A DNA stretch of 64,000 nucleotides, taken from a virus (taxonomy: Duplodnaviria > Caudoviricetes). Positions within the stretch are counted from its first letter, which is position 1, and every line of letters starts with the position of its first letter. A program made the position numbers and the translations under genes. Shown here piece after piece: positions 54,220 to 64,000 of this stretch. Under the pieces are notes generated by a model that was not told the DNA's origin, made no database searches, and worked only from the letters and a program-made list of their open reading frames with translations. Where the stretch lies: positions 1-64,000 of IMG/VR virus record IMGVR_UViG_3300037424_000993; one strand, 5' to 3'.

Positions 54220-54603
54220 TTACTGCTGCTCCAGCCCGCCTGGTCCGGAGAGACTCAGGGAAGCGGTAGTGTTTTGCGTGCTACGCTGGACCTCAGCGGA
54301 GACCGTTCCGCGCGCTTGCCAGGTGACCCCGGACGCCATCGTGATTTCGATCGGGACCCAGTCCTTTTCGGCTGAGATTTCCTGAAGAAATTCCTGGTCC
54401 GCGCGGTTGTCGTCGATCTCGACGGACAGCCCGTCAATCATCCACGGCACGCGCGTCAAAATCTTGCGCGCAGTGCCGTCACCGTTGGCTTGCACCTCGG
54501 CCTCGAAACCGCCGGTTTTGGTGTTTGCGTCCGCGTCCGCAGCCACGGGGAAGAGTCGCCCGCGGATGCCAATCGATTCGATCGACCCACCGATTGCAGT
54601 CAT
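54220..54603 (-). CDS. Tail tube protein
   Basis: Directly after the sheath; beta-rich, 127 aa. Confidence 0.7.
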   Translation of the reverse strand: MTAIGGSIESIGIRGRLFPVAADADANTKTGGFEAEVQANGDGTARKILTRVPWMIDGLSVEIDDNRADQEFLQEISAEKDWVPIEITMASGVTWQARGTVSAEVQRSTQNTTASLSLSGPGGLEQQ

Positions 54604-54695
54604 GTGCCGTTACCTTTTCCTGTGCAGAAGGCGCACGTCTCCCGGCCCGCTCGCGCAGCTAGGCGCTCGGGCTAGTTACGTGAGCGAGTGATGAG

Positions 54696-56168
54696 TTAGG
54701 CGGCTTGTGCCTGCCCGGTGAAGAAACTCCAGAACAGAGTGACGCTCTTGATCTTGGTGTTGCCCGAGATGAACACGGGAACTTCCAGATCGAGGCGCTT
54801 CGGGTTCTGACTGTTGATGCCAGCCGTGATCAGCTTTTTGCTCGCCTTGGTGTTGACCAAGATGGCAAACAGTCCGAGCTGGTCAACGATGCCCGCCGCC
54901 GCGCTTTTCGCGCTCTTTGGCTTGCGAGCATTCGGGTTGACCGTGGGTTGATCGTCTGGAATCAACGGAGCACGCGCCCAGCCGGCAGAGGTGAACTCGA
55001 GCTCCAGGTTATAGAGCGTGTTCCAAATCTTCATCAGGTCGACCACGTCGCGATAGGGCGGCGGGTTCTCACCGGTGGGGTGATAGAACGTGACCACATC
55101 CTCAATGCGCACGACGTTGTCAACGACCTGACTCGTGCTGGAGCCGCCCTTGATGGCTTGATCGCGAGTCGCCCAGCTCCACTGCTCGCCGTCTTCTCCC
55201 GGGAGAATACCCGGCGCCTGCAAGCCAACGTAGTCGGTGGGCGGGTTGTTGTTGGCGATGGGCGCCATTTGAGCGACCATCTCCGCGGCAATCACAAAGG
55301 GCAGCGTGGGCGAACCGGGCGCCACCAGTTGCGAGTTGATGCGGTCTGTTTTGCGGGCATCTGGCACCGTGATAGCAGTAGCGACATCCGTTTCCGCGTC
55401 GCCGTTGAAGACCACGAGCGGGCGCCGCACGAGCTGATCCCAGCGAGCCTCGCCCCACACCTGGAACTTGCCCAGCGTCACCGTGTCCGTAGACTCCATG
55501 GCGTTGATAGCCATTGTGATCCAGCGGTTGCCGACCTTCGCCAGAGCATCGTCAACGTCCGGATTGTTAGTGCCGCCAGTGGGCTGAGTGAGCGCGAACA
55601 CGACGCCAACATCCTCGTCCGGGATGACCTCGACAACGATACCGTCTGCGCTCGCGCCCTCCCACTTGGAGGTCAGCGTCATGTCGGTGGTGTTGTCTGC
55701 TGCAATCACCGGCATCAGCTCCACCGCGTTGACCGCGGCAATCATGTCCGTGATCACAGTCGCTGGAACGACCACGCCAGACGCCACGTTGAACGGCTCA
55801 GAGAGCACGCCGCCGATGCGCAGGCGATAGCTGGAGGTCTTAGTGGCGGTCCCCGATGGGGTCACGTCGCCGACTGAAGGGGTGCCAGACGCGTCATCCG
55901 AAAGTGGGTAAACCCACACAGGGATGGATCCCACGCGCGGCTTGAGTTTCCGAACGATGTGATGGATCGGGCTGCCCGCGCCGTACTTGGCGCCGGCATC
56001 ATCGCCGCTAGTCGCCTGCCACGCGTCCTCGCTGTAGGTAGCCGCCGATGCCCCTTGTGCAAAGACAGCGATTTGCTGCGGCAAGAACTGCGCGGTCGCT
56101 CCGCGCAAGTCCAAATACTGCACGTCGATGCCGGTCACACTGGCGACGGCGGATGCGTCAATAGCCAT
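54696..56168 (-). CDS. Tail sheath protein (Mu gpL-like)
   Basis: G.GS..H, GTNNPD..DAL, QAIKGGSST, TFY, YRDV motifs. Confidence 0.88.
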   Translation of the reverse strand: MAIDASAVASVTGIDVQYLDLRGATAQFLPQQIAVFAQGASAATYSEDAWQATSGDDAGAKYGAGSPIHHIVRKLKPRVGSIPVWVYPLSDDASGTPSVGDVTPSGTATKTSSYRLRIGGVLSEPFNVASGVVVPATVITDMIAAVNAVELMPVIAADNTTDMTLTSKWEGASADGIVVEVIPDEDVGVVFALTQPTGGTNNPDVDDALAKVGNRWITMAINAMESTDTVTLGKFQVWGEARWDQLVRRPLVVFNGDAETDVATAITVPDARKTDRINSQLVAPGSPTLPFVIAAEMVAQMAPIANNNPPTDYVGLQAPGILPGEDGEQWSWATRDQAIKGGSSTSQVVDNVVRIEDVVTFYHPTGENPPPYRDVVDLMKIWNTLYNLELEFTSAGWARAPLIPDDQPTVNPNARKPKSAKSAAAGIVDQLGLFAILVNTKASKKLITAGINSQNPKRLDLEVPVFISGNTKIKSVTLFWSFFTGQAQAA

Positions 56169-56219
56169 GCTACTGGTTTCCCTTCGATTGATTTTCCCCG
56201 CGCGCGGGCGGGCCCGTGG

Positions 56220-57215
56220 CTACGGGGTAACTGTCGAGTTGTTCGTGACTGCGAACTGGTGCAGGCTGGCTACGGGGTTACCGTCCGCGCCTGAGAATTT
56301 GATGGGTGCGGCGCCGGGCACGTAGTCCAGCAGCACCGTTTCGCCTTCGAGGATTGGCGTGTCGACTGTGAGCGTCACATCAGATCCCGCGACTCCCACA
56401 GCATTAACCACTGACTCTGTGCCTGTGAGCGTGTACGCGGCTGCAGCCGCAACGCTGCCCGTATCGAGCGCGTCGTAGTAGGTGAGCGTGATAGTCAGAC
56501 CGTCCGCCGAAACAACGGCGCTGTCTGGTTGGAGACCAAAGCTGCCGCGCACGAATACCTCGCCGGAGTCGTCGCGCTCAATCGTGGCTGCCACGAGTTC
56601 AAGCGGCTGCCCCTCGACCTGCGGCGAGAACTCTGAGAATTCGACTGCGAACGCGATGCGGGCCGCCACGATTTTCTGAATCGGTCGCCCCTCAATTTGA
56701 GGCTGAAACATGGTGATAGAGCGCACCATGCGCCGCCAAACAATCTGGTCGCTCCCTCGGGGAAATCCCAGGTAGGTGTAGTGCGCAGCCATCAAGAAGC
56801 GACGCACAAGACGAACCGCCCGCTGGCACTCTTTCGATGCACGCAGATCTGCCGGGGTGTGCCCCTGGCTATCTCCGATGCTGACGCCGTAGCCGTAGCA
56901 GTCGACGTTATAGGTCGCGGCCAGCTTCTGGCGCGCCACAGTATTGGAGGCGCGATCGTCCGTGCTGGCGCTGTCGAAGCACACGCTCACAATCGGAGAG
57001 GCGTCTGCCGTGGGGTCGTCGGTCGTGTTCAGCCAGTCTTCCCATGGGTTGGAGCGCTCGAGAAAAACTCGCAGCTTCCACTCGTCGGGGTCTTCATTGG
57101 CAACGACGGCTAGCGATTGCTGCATCGCCGACTCCACCGCCAAGATCTCAGCAATCTTGTCCCTGACGATTTCGAAGTTGTCTTGCCCCGTCGTGAGGCT
57201 TTCGATCAGTGCCAA
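56220..57215 (-). CDS. Neck/tail-terminator-like protein with C-terminal SwmB-like domain
   Basis: Position before the sheath; C-terminus GLTITLTY..VTLTV..V.LDY..GNPVASL..VTN. Confidence 0.6.
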   Translation of the reverse strand: MALIESLTTGQDNFEIVRDKIAEILAVESAMQQSLAVVANEDPDEWKLRVFLERSNPWEDWLNTTDDPTADASPIVSVCFDSASTDDRASNTVARQKLAATYNVDCYGYGVSIGDSQGHTPADLRASKECQRAVRLVRRFLMAAHYTYLGFPRGSDQIVWRRMVRSITMFQPQIEGRPIQKIVAARIAFAVEFSEFSPQVEGQPLELVAATIERDDSGEVFVRGSFGLQPDSAVVSADGLTITLTYYDALDTGSVAAAAAYTLTGTESVVNAVGVAGSDVTLTVDTPILEGETVLLDYVPGAAPIKFSGADGNPVASLHQFAVTNNSTVTP

Positions 57216-57218
57216 CGC

Positions 57219-57599
57219 TTACGCCTGGTAGGCCTCGAGCCTGCACACCACGAGCCCGATGGCTCGGTCCGGTTGGCTCTCGATGATCTTGAACGTGTAG
57301 GGGTTCCCGTTGATGTCCGCGAACTGCACCAGCCACGGAAACCTATCCGTCTCTGCCACGTTGATAGGGATCCCGAGACCTGCCGCTGACAACGCCGCAA
57401 TGCGGATTGCTACGGAAGCTGTCCGACCGCTAACGGCCTGACCCGTCTCGGGGTCAATGGAGTAGGCAACGTCCGTGGAGAGGCCCGTCAGGTCCGCGCT
57501 GGTGCCAGCCGGGTCAGTGATCGTGATGGCCCAACCGAAGCCGTCCAAGTCCTCCACGATAGTCGCGAGGTCCTGGGCGGCTTGCTCGCGCAGGCTCAT
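57219..57599 (-). CDS. Head-tail joining protein
   Basis: Position; beta-rich; PDRAIG..L motif. Confidence 0.6.
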   Translation of the reverse strand: MSLREQAAQDLATIVEDLDGFGWAITITDPAGTSADLTGLSTDVAYSIDPETGQAVSGRTASVAIRIAALSAAGLGIPINVAETDRFPWLVQFADINGNPYTFKIIESQPDRAIGLVVCRLEAYQA

Positions 57600-58078
57600 C
57601 GCTTGACGACGTACCCGCTCTTGACGAGGTGATCGATCTGCGCCTGCCCGTTCGCCACGTCGGACGCCTTGATCTCCTCACCCGGGCCGAGGACGCCGCG
57701 ACGACATGTCAGCGACCTGCCCTTAGCGACCACGTAGGGCGCTTTGGGTTTTACGCCCTTGGGTTGCACCTTTGGCGGTGGCCCACCCTTGGAACCATCA
57801 CTGGCGCCGTCTATGGGCGGGCGCGGAGACTTTTCCGGAGGAGGCGGGGGAGCCGCGGCTGCGGGCGCCGGAGAGGGCTTCAACTCCTCGCCGGGCTGGA
57901 GCTCGCCAGCAACGATACCGGGCGCCGGAGAGGACTTTGCAGCTGCCGATCGGCGCTTCTCCAGGTTCGCCACGAGCTCCGTCAGGGCCTGGTTGTTCAG
58001 GCCCTTGGTGTCGACCGAGAGACCGAGCTCTTTTCCAAGAGCGTCGGCCTGCTCGCTCAGTTCGCGATTGCTAGCCAT
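57596..58078 (-). CDS. HeH/Rho-N-like helical domain plus Pro-rich linker protein
   Basis: ELSEQADALG..GLNNQALTEL; directly after the capsid gene. Confidence 0.55.
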   Translation of the reverse strand: MASNRELSEQADALGKELGLSVDTKGLNNQALTELVANLEKRRSAAAKSSPAPGIVAGELQPGEELKPSPAPAAAAPPPPPEKSPRPPIDGASDGSKGGPPPKVQPKGVKPKAPYVVAKGRSLTCRRGVLGPGEEIKASDVANGQAQIDHLVKSGYVVKR

Positions 58079-58079
58079 A

Positions 58080-59165
58080 TTACGCCGTCACATCCAAGCG
58101 AGCGAAGGTGTCGATCGCGGTGGGGATGGTCAGCGGGCGCGTGCCAGCCGACACCATTAGATGCTCACCGTCCGGGGTGAACCATGCGTTAGTAGTGAGA
58201 TCGAGTCCTCGATCTCCGCTCGACATGCGCGCCGGCAGGAACGGCAGGGCCCGCGACTCGGGTCCGGTGATCCGGGGAATCGAGCCGAAGCTCAGGTCGA
58301 GACGCCCGGTCTCGCTCGTCATGATGACGTTGTCCGTGCTGATGTACGGAGTGGGCGTGCCGGTCTGTGGATCGTTGTACCAACCGTCGTACATCCACAG
58401 GCGGTACTCGTAGTGGTCGATCCAGATGTTGCCGCGGTAGCTCGCGCCTTGGCCGCGCGCCTCTGGGCGAATCTGCCCAATCTCCATGCGTCGATTGTCG
58501 AGCAGCGCCAGCACCTTTTCGTTGGCGGTGAACCGCTGCCATGCCGACTTTCCGAAATCGAGGTCGGTCGGCACGTGCTTGCCGTCGCGCCGCACAACGT
58601 CACCCAGTGCCGACAGGTCAGCGAGCGGGTCACCGCTCGTTCCGTCGAGCGCCCAGGTCGTTGATACCGTCGCCATGTGCGTGGCCTTCGCCTGAAAATC
58701 CAGGGTGTAGAGCGTCACGCCCGCGTCGTCGATCAGCGTCAGGGTGCCAGTCTGCAGCACCTGCGACGCCATGAGCTCGATCGATCGACGAATCTTACGC
58801 TCCAGCTTTCGGAAGACACGAAAGGCATCCTCACCAGCTGCGGCACCGAAATTCGGATCCTGAAACGGGTCAACTCCAGGGCGACGCTTGATCATGTCAT
58901 ACGCATGAATCGCGCCCTGTTCCTTGAAGATCGGCGGCACAAAGGACTTGTTCGTGTAGAGCGTGCTCTCGTTCATGCGCGCCCCTGCGGTCAGGTCTTG
59001 CACCACGATCGCAACGTCTTCGTCGTCGCGCATGATGTCGATTTCCACCTTTTCCGAGTCGTGGAAATTGCGCGGAGGGCTCCGGAAACGCCCGGCAAGA
59101 TGCAGCGGCGCCTGGGCTTCCTCCATGTACATCTCGATCATTCGGGTCGTACTGGTGTCGGACAT
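58080..59165 (-). CDS. Major capsid protein (lambda gpE family)
   Basis: FVPP.FKE, E.MASQVLQTG, YDGWY pattern; follows the decoration genes. Confidence 0.88.
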   Translation of the reverse strand: MSDTSTTRMIEMYMEEAQAPLHLAGRFRSPPRNFHDSEKVEIDIMRDDEDVAIVVQDLTAGARMNESTLYTNKSFVPPIFKEQGAIHAYDMIKRRPGVDPFQDPNFGAAAGEDAFRVFRKLERKIRRSIELMASQVLQTGTLTLIDDAGVTLYTLDFQAKATHMATVSTTWALDGTSGDPLADLSALGDVVRRDGKHVPTDLDFGKSAWQRFTANEKVLALLDNRRMEIGQIRPEARGQGASYRGNIWIDHYEYRLWMYDGWYNDPQTGTPTPYISTDNVIMTSETGRLDLSFGSIPRITGPESRALPFLPARMSSGDRGLDLTTNAWFTPDGEHLMVSAGTRPLTIPTAIDTFARLDVTA

Positions 59166-59312
59166 TGTCTTTTCCTTCGTGTTTTCTTGAAGACAGAGGA
59201 CGCACCTCTGCGCCCCCGCGGGCCGCGCATGCGCGAGCAGGGAATTTGTGATGCCCTAGTGTGGGCGGTTGATTAGTACAGCGTCGTCTCCGTTGCCGGG
59301 AACGCTGAGGGG

Positions 59313-60341
59313 TTACTGGTTGTCGAGTTGGGCGAGTTGCTGAACTGACGTCGGAACAATCCCGAAGTCGCGCAGCTGGTCGCGAACCACGGCGTCCACG
59401 TTGGAGTTGTCGCCGTCCGCATGAATGATGAGACGATCGCGATTGACCTCGCCCTCGCACAGAACGCGGACGCCCCATTTCGAAACGCTCTGAGTCACGA
59501 GAATGGTGAACTCGTCGCCGGTGTCGAAATCCTCATCACCGTCGGTGATAACCAGGCGCAAGCCGCCACCGGTGAACACCGTTTCTCCGCCAGCCGCTGC
59601 ATCCATGACGACCGAATCGCTGACCTCGGTGCCCTCTGGATCGGTGAGCGTGAACGTGCCGCCATCCGCCTCTTCCGCCGTAGCGGTGAGCACGTATGGT
59701 CCGAGTTTCACCGTTTCCGGGTCTGCCACCGTCGCTGCAACGGTCCCGTCGCCGGTGTTGCCACCGTCTGCCGTGACCGCAACGTCCAGCTGTCTGGCGC
59801 TCGTCACGTCGTACGTCAGCACGTACTTGGGGATTTCGAAGTCGTCGGATCCGTCTGGATCGAACGGCGCGACGTGCGCCGTAGTCTCGTCGCCGGTACC
59901 TTCGAGAGCCACAGTCAACGTGATGAAGTCGTTCTCATCGAAGTCAGTGGCGCCGTCGGTGACGGTGATTTGAAGACCGCCTAGCGTGAACACCGCAGAC
60001 TGTCCCGGGTCACCTGCCTCGAGCACTAGGTCACCGACAGGGTCGGAGTTCGGATCGACGAGCGAGAACGTTCCGCCATTGGCTGCCTCCGTGGTGCACG
60101 TTAGAACGTAGTCGCCGACAATGGCATCCGGGCTGACCACGATCGCAGTAACCGTACCGTCTCCGGTGTTGCCAGCGTCCGCTGCCACCGATACGGTGGG
60201 ATCCACCTCGGGCAGCTCGGTAGGGCGCGCCAGAATAGTGCCAGCCGCAACCGTGCCTTCCGACGGAAAGAACAAGCTCGCGTCGAAGAATCGACCGCCC
60301 TTGACCTCGATTGCACCGGTGTCGTTGTTAGTGACTTCCAT
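59313..60341 (-). CDS. Head decoration protein paralog with two inserted domains
   Basis: Shares AAGTILAR, VLTY, VNR.RLII and DQLRD.GIV with the next gene. Confidence 0.75.
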   Translation of the reverse strand: MEVTNNDTGAIEVKGGRFFDASLFFPSEGTVAAGTILARPTELPEVDPTVSVAADAGNTGDGTVTAIVVSPDAIVGDYVLTCTTEAANGGTFSLVDPNSDPVGDLVLEAGDPGQSAVFTLGGLQITVTDGATDFDENDFITLTVALEGTGDETTAHVAPFDPDGSDDFEIPKYVLTYDVTSARQLDVAVTADGGNTGDGTVAATVADPETVKLGPYVLTATAEEADGGTFTLTDPEGTEVSDSVVMDAAAGGETVFTGGGLRLVITDGDEDFDTGDEFTILVTQSVSKWGVRVLCEGEVNRDRLIIHADGDNSNVDAVVRDQLRDFGIVPTSVQQLAQLDNQ

Positions 60342-60346
60342 GACGC

Positions 60347-60751
60347 TTAGGCCTGATTGTCCAGCTCGGCGAGCTGTTCCACGTGGGACGCGACGATGCC
60401 GTAGTCGCGCAACTGGTCGAGCACGACTTCGTCAATGTTTTCGTCGGTGCCGTCCGCATCGATGATGAGACGCTTACGGTTCACGTGCCCCTTGATGAGC
60501 ACACGCGCCTTGACGTCGCCAGCGCCTGTGCGCTCGATGGCGTAGGTGAGCACGGCTTTGGGAACGCCGTTGCCGTTGGTGGACCCGCCGACGACGAACA
60601 GCACCAGCTTGTCGGTGGAGCTGTCGCGCGCCAGAATGGTGCCCGCCGCGAACACGTCGGTTCCCGCGAATGTTACGAGCTCGTCCTGCATGATCGCGCC
60701 TTCCAGCGCCACGCTGCCGAGATCGACATTCGTCGTAGTGATGTTTGCCAT
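60347..60751 (-). CDS. Head decoration protein (lambda gpD-like)
   Basis: Between protease and capsid; AAGTILAR. Confidence 0.75.
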   Translation of the reverse strand: MANITTTNVDLGSVALEGAIMQDELVTFAGTDVFAAGTILARDSSTDKLVLFVVGGSTNGNGVPKAVLTYAIERTGAGDVKARVLIKGHVNRKRLIIDADGTDENIDEVVLDQLRDYGIVASHVEQLAELDNQA

Positions 60752-60790
60752 TTCTGATGTTCCTTGGTGTGAGTCAGCGGGACTGGCGAA

Positions 60791-62101
60791 TTACAGCGTT
60801 TTGCCGCGTTTGGCTGCCATGAGAGCCGCAACCTCGTCGCCGAGATCCTTGCTCTCGCCACCCGATGCGGCAGCACCCTCGACTGCATCGCCGGCGGCGT
60901 CGGTCTCTTCCTGGCGCACGTTCTGATCGTGACGGTTCATCGCGGCCGACATGTATTCGGCGTGAATGTCTTCGTCGAGAACGCTGGCGCCCTCACGAAT
61001 CGCCTTGAACGCCACATCGCTAGCGCCGGTGGTGTCGGCCATCTTGAGATGCGCGGTGACGCGCTTGCGCTCGGCGGTGACGCCGGCTTCGCGCCCCTCT
61101 TCGGTGCCGTCCGCGAATCCCTTGTTTTTGCCTTCTGTGAACGCAGCGGCATAAACGTCAGGGTGCTGCGCCTTGAGAGTCTGAAGATCCATGGTCTTCT
61201 GTCCTTGTGATTGGGCCGCTACAGGCGCGGCGGGTTGTGCGGGCTCGTCACCCGAATTCTGCGAGTCGGATCGGATGGCCCGATCTTGCGTAACCATTCC
61301 TTCGGCCACCATCTGGTCGTATGCCGCTTGCGCCGCTTTGGGGACGGCGCGCAGCGACGGAGGCGCCTTGTCGATCATGCCGCGTTTCTTTGCGGTAGCC
61401 GCCACGAACACTGCGCCGCGACCGAAGTTTTCGTTCACGTCAGCGGTAGTGGTGCCACGTCCGCGCGCGATGGCTTCCGCGAACAGCTCGTGCAGCGCAT
61501 CGAGGTACTCTCGAATTACCGCCTTGCCCTCTTCGCTGGATGGGTCCGGGCGCTTGTCTGGGGCCTCGGTGCTGGTGATCTCAACCAGTTCTTCGTCGAC
61601 TAGGTAGGTCGCTACAACGCCAACGCTGCCGAATGTCGCGGCTGGGTTCGTGGCTTCGATCTTCCCACCAAGTGACGCGATGCCATAGGCGGCGGATGCT
61701 GCCAGGTTGGCACGTACGCTCTTCGGCTTTGGGAACGCGTCGAGCGCCGCGAACGTCTCGAACAACCCATCCACCTGACCGCCAGGCGAATCGATGTAAA
61801 GCACGATGCGCTTGACGCTTGGGTCTGCTGCCGCAGTTGCGAGTCCCGCGTTGATCTGGTCGTAGGTGGTTTGCTCGTACCCGAACAGCCAGAGCCAGAA
61901 GTCCATCGACTTCGTGAGCACTCCCTTGACCGAAATCTCCGCAACGTCTCCGGCTACCTTCAGCCCACGCGGACTGTCAACCGCACCAACAGAGGCGTCA
62001 ACGTGGGCCGAAAAGCGTGATAGCTGCTCGGCGCTGGCAGTGCCCGCAACCTTCAGTTTCGCGCGCAGTTCGCGCTCGAAGTTACGCTCCAGCAGCCACA
62101 T
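60791..62101 (-). CDS. S49 capsid maturation protease plus scaffold (lambda gpC-like)
   Basis: IDSPGG, AASAAYGIAS, GSVGV; charged C-terminal scaffold region. Confidence 0.9.
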   Translation of the reverse strand: MWLLERNFERELRAKLKVAGTASAEQLSRFSAHVDASVGAVDSPRGLKVAGDVAEISVKGVLTKSMDFWLWLFGYEQTTYDQINAGLATAAADPSVKRIVLYIDSPGGQVDGLFETFAALDAFPKPKSVRANLAASAAYGIASLGGKIEATNPAATFGSVGVVATYLVDEELVEITSTEAPDKRPDPSSEEGKAVIREYLDALHELFAEAIARGRGTTTADVNENFGRGAVFVAATAKKRGMIDKAPPSLRAVPKAAQAAYDQMVAEGMVTQDRAIRSDSQNSGDEPAQPAAPVAAQSQGQKTMDLQTLKAQHPDVYAAAFTEGKNKGFADGTEEGREAGVTAERKRVTAHLKMADTTGASDVAFKAIREGASVLDEDIHAEYMSAAMNRHDQNVRQEETDAAGDAVEGAAASGGESKDLGDEVAALMAAKRGKTL

Positions 62102-63827
62102 GCAAAATCGCCCTTCCTTCGGTGTCGTCGTCTTCCCGGTTCACATCTTCCGGGTCTTCGTCATCATCGCCGCGGTTTTGCGGTCTACCTGGTCCGCGCC
62201 CGCTTCCAGCGTCGCCCTCGACCGGTGCTTTCTTCGCGGCTTCGAGCTCAGCGATCGGCTTGTTCGCCTCCGCGAGCTGCGTGTTTTCCAGCAGCAACTG
62301 CTCGACATTCTTCGAGTACTTCGTGCCCGTAAGTTCGCGAGCTGCGCGCCCGCGCGTCATGAAGCCTTCAGCGATCATCTCGGCGTAACCGCGAACCAAC
62401 TTCGACAGGTCGACCGCCGGCTTGATGTTCCCGGCCCAATCGCATGACGTCCACGCGCCGTGGATGTCGTACTGCCTGGCGTTGCGCCAGGACTCGAGCA
62501 GCCTCGGCGCATCAATGCGCTTGTCGAGAGCCTCGCTCAAAAGCCAATCGTGATAGAGCGGTGTGCAGACAGCCCGCCCGAACCAGGTCCGCACCGGATT
62601 CAGGTACAGCTTGTATTCGTTGATCGCGGCCTGCGAAGCAGAGTAGTTCGAGCTGAACGACAGCAGCAAAATCTCGGGCGGAATGCCGTTGCCCCAAGCG
62701 ATGGCTGACACAATCGCGCGTTCGAATTCGCCGAACTTTTCGTCAGTTCCGTGCGACCGAAACCCCTTTGGTTCCTCGCCGACTTGGAGTTCGTCGACCA
62801 CGACACCAGGGTCGTAGTCGGCAACATTGAACCGGCGCGACTCTCCTGCGTTGTCGGTTGCAAGCTCTGTACGCAGAGCAATCCCGGCGCTCGTCAACGG
62901 ACGAGAACCAGGTTTCTCCTGGGTCTTCGTGACAACGATAGCGAACAGACCGTTGATCACTGCCTTGCGCAAAGCAGCATCGCGATACCGATCGATCTCT
63001 TTGATCGACTGCATCACGAGCGAGAGCAGCGGTTGCCCACGCACCTCGTCCATGCGCTTATCAGTGCCGTAGACCAGCCAAGCCAGCTTGCGTCCAGACT
63101 TCTCGCCCCAGGCGGGGAGCCGCTTGGATTCAAAGCCGAAGCCGTCTTTGGTCTCCTGGCGAACGTGGTAAGCGACGTGGCGCCCGTTGCTGTCGAGCTC
63201 CACACCGTGGACGATCCGGTTGCCATTCGGTAGGCGACCGAGTGCTCCGCTCAGTGGCGTTTGCACGTTGGCGCCGTTGATCAGCTGGATGCGAGGCAGC
63301 TTGGTTTTTGGGTCCTGGCGCTGGACGACCAAGACATCGCCGACCACCAGGGACTCTAAGCGAATGATGGCTTGCAGCTCACCGAACGTATGCTGCTCCA
63401 GGTGGTCGCAAAGCTTTGGGTTGTTCGCCCAGAGACTGAAGCGGTTCTCGACCGTCTCGCTCCACTGGTCGAGCGCGCCTCTCTGCAGACCGAGAAGCGA
63501 CTCTTCTGGCGTGGCCTCCAGGTGAAGGCCGACGTTAATCTCGTTGGTGACCATGCGGCGGATCAAGCCGCGTGCATAGAGATTGCGCTGGAACAAGTCG
63601 GCTGAGCGTGCCCGCAGCGTCCAGTAGTCCGTCCAAAGAAGGTTGGTGGCACCGAATCCGCCAGCGAACTTCTCACCGTCATGCCAAGCGTCGCGCACTG
63701 GCGCAGATCCGAGTGCTGACACTGGGATGATTGGCGCATCAGACGCAGGCTCTGGCGACCGCCGCCGCTTCGGCCGCGGACCAAAGCAGGCATCGAACAG
63801 GTCTGGTTTTTTTCTGAACAGACCCAT
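62082..63827 (-). CDS. Portal protein, lambda family
   Basis: RARSADL..N.YA, GVELD..GR..AYH, NYSASQ, WAG.IKP. Confidence 0.9.
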   Translation of the reverse strand: MGLFRKKPDLFDACFGPRPKRRRSPEPASDAPIIPVSALGSAPVRDAWHDGEKFAGGFGATNLLWTDYWTLRARSADLFQRNLYARGLIRRMVTNEINVGLHLEATPEESLLGLQRGALDQWSETVENRFSLWANNPKLCDHLEQHTFGELQAIIRLESLVVGDVLVVQRQDPKTKLPRIQLINGANVQTPLSGALGRLPNGNRIVHGVELDSNGRHVAYHVRQETKDGFGFESKRLPAWGEKSGRKLAWLVYGTDKRMDEVRGQPLLSLVMQSIKEIDRYRDAALRKAVINGLFAIVVTKTQEKPGSRPLTSAGIALRTELATDNAGESRRFNVADYDPGVVVDELQVGEEPKGFRSHGTDEKFGEFERAIVSAIAWGNGIPPEILLLSFSSNYSASQAAINEYKLYLNPVRTWFGRAVCTPLYHDWLLSEALDKRIDAPRLLESWRNARQYDIHGAWTSCDWAGNIKPAVDLSKLVRGYAEMIAEGFMTRGRAARELTGTKYSKNVEQLLLENTQLAEANKPIAELEAAKKAPVEGDAGSGRGPGRPQNRGDDDEDPEDVNREDDDTEGRAILHVAAGA

Positions 63828-63829
63828 GG

Positions 63830-64000
63830 TTACCAGTTCGGAACGATGCGAGTTGACGCGCCACAGAGACGCATCTCCAGCCACGCTAGTCGGTTTTCGA
63901 GCGAGTCTAGAACCAGGCGCAACGATCCGATCTGCTGCTTAGTGACAGTCTGTCGGGTTTGCCCCGTATCGAGCGAGTACTGGAGTACAGCGCCCGATGA
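63830..64000 (-). CDS. gpW-like head completion protein (5' end outside the window)
   Basis: Open frame ..QYSLDTGQTRQTVTKQQIGSLR..L..LE..; directly upstream of the portal. Confidence 0.65.
   Translation of the reverse strand, partial: SSGAVLQYSLDTGQTRQTVTKQQIGSLRLVLDSLENRLAWLEMRLCGASTRIVPNW

Larger units (their letters stand above)
1..64000. mobile_element. Temperate myovirus-type phage genome segment (free/excised form)
   Basis: Continuous phage modules: replication, integrase/xis, repressor, RecT, lysis, contractile tail, capsid, portal. The att core has phage genes on both sides. Confidence 0.95.

Noticed and set aside
59166-59312. ncRNA between the decoration and capsid genes
   Set aside because: Only short hairpins, as expected in a GC-rich leader; no support beyond that.

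Overview
The whole window is a GC-rich temperate tailed-phage genome segment, apparently in its unintegrated form because attP is intact. I found no host housekeeping genes. From left to right it contains: (1) a leftward replication/modification/accessory arm (helicase, primase, initiator with iterons, RuvC, three DNA methyltransferases, HNH, DnaA-C, ASCH, DUF1643); (2) a tyrosine integrase whose coding sequence contains attP (the 3' half of tRNA-Leu GAG with arm-type repeats), plus an excisionase; (3) a tRNA-Met and a tmRNA in tandem; (4) an antirepressor and an HTH repressor beside a divergent control region made of two identical inverted 34-bp promoter/operator copies; (5) a rightward arm with DnaQ, YqaJ and RecT, then small genes each preceded by a palindromic repeat; (6) a leftward late operon with a lambda-like head, a Mu-like contractile tail, a two-gene opposite-strand moron, and a lysis cassette holding a trypsin-type protease, an alpha/beta-hydrolase-CHAP fusion and a transglycosylase. 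A myxobacterial host is suggested but is an inference. All calls come from reading motifs by eye; no database searches were run. Many start codons were moved from the ORF track to the start implied by RBS or stop/start overlap.
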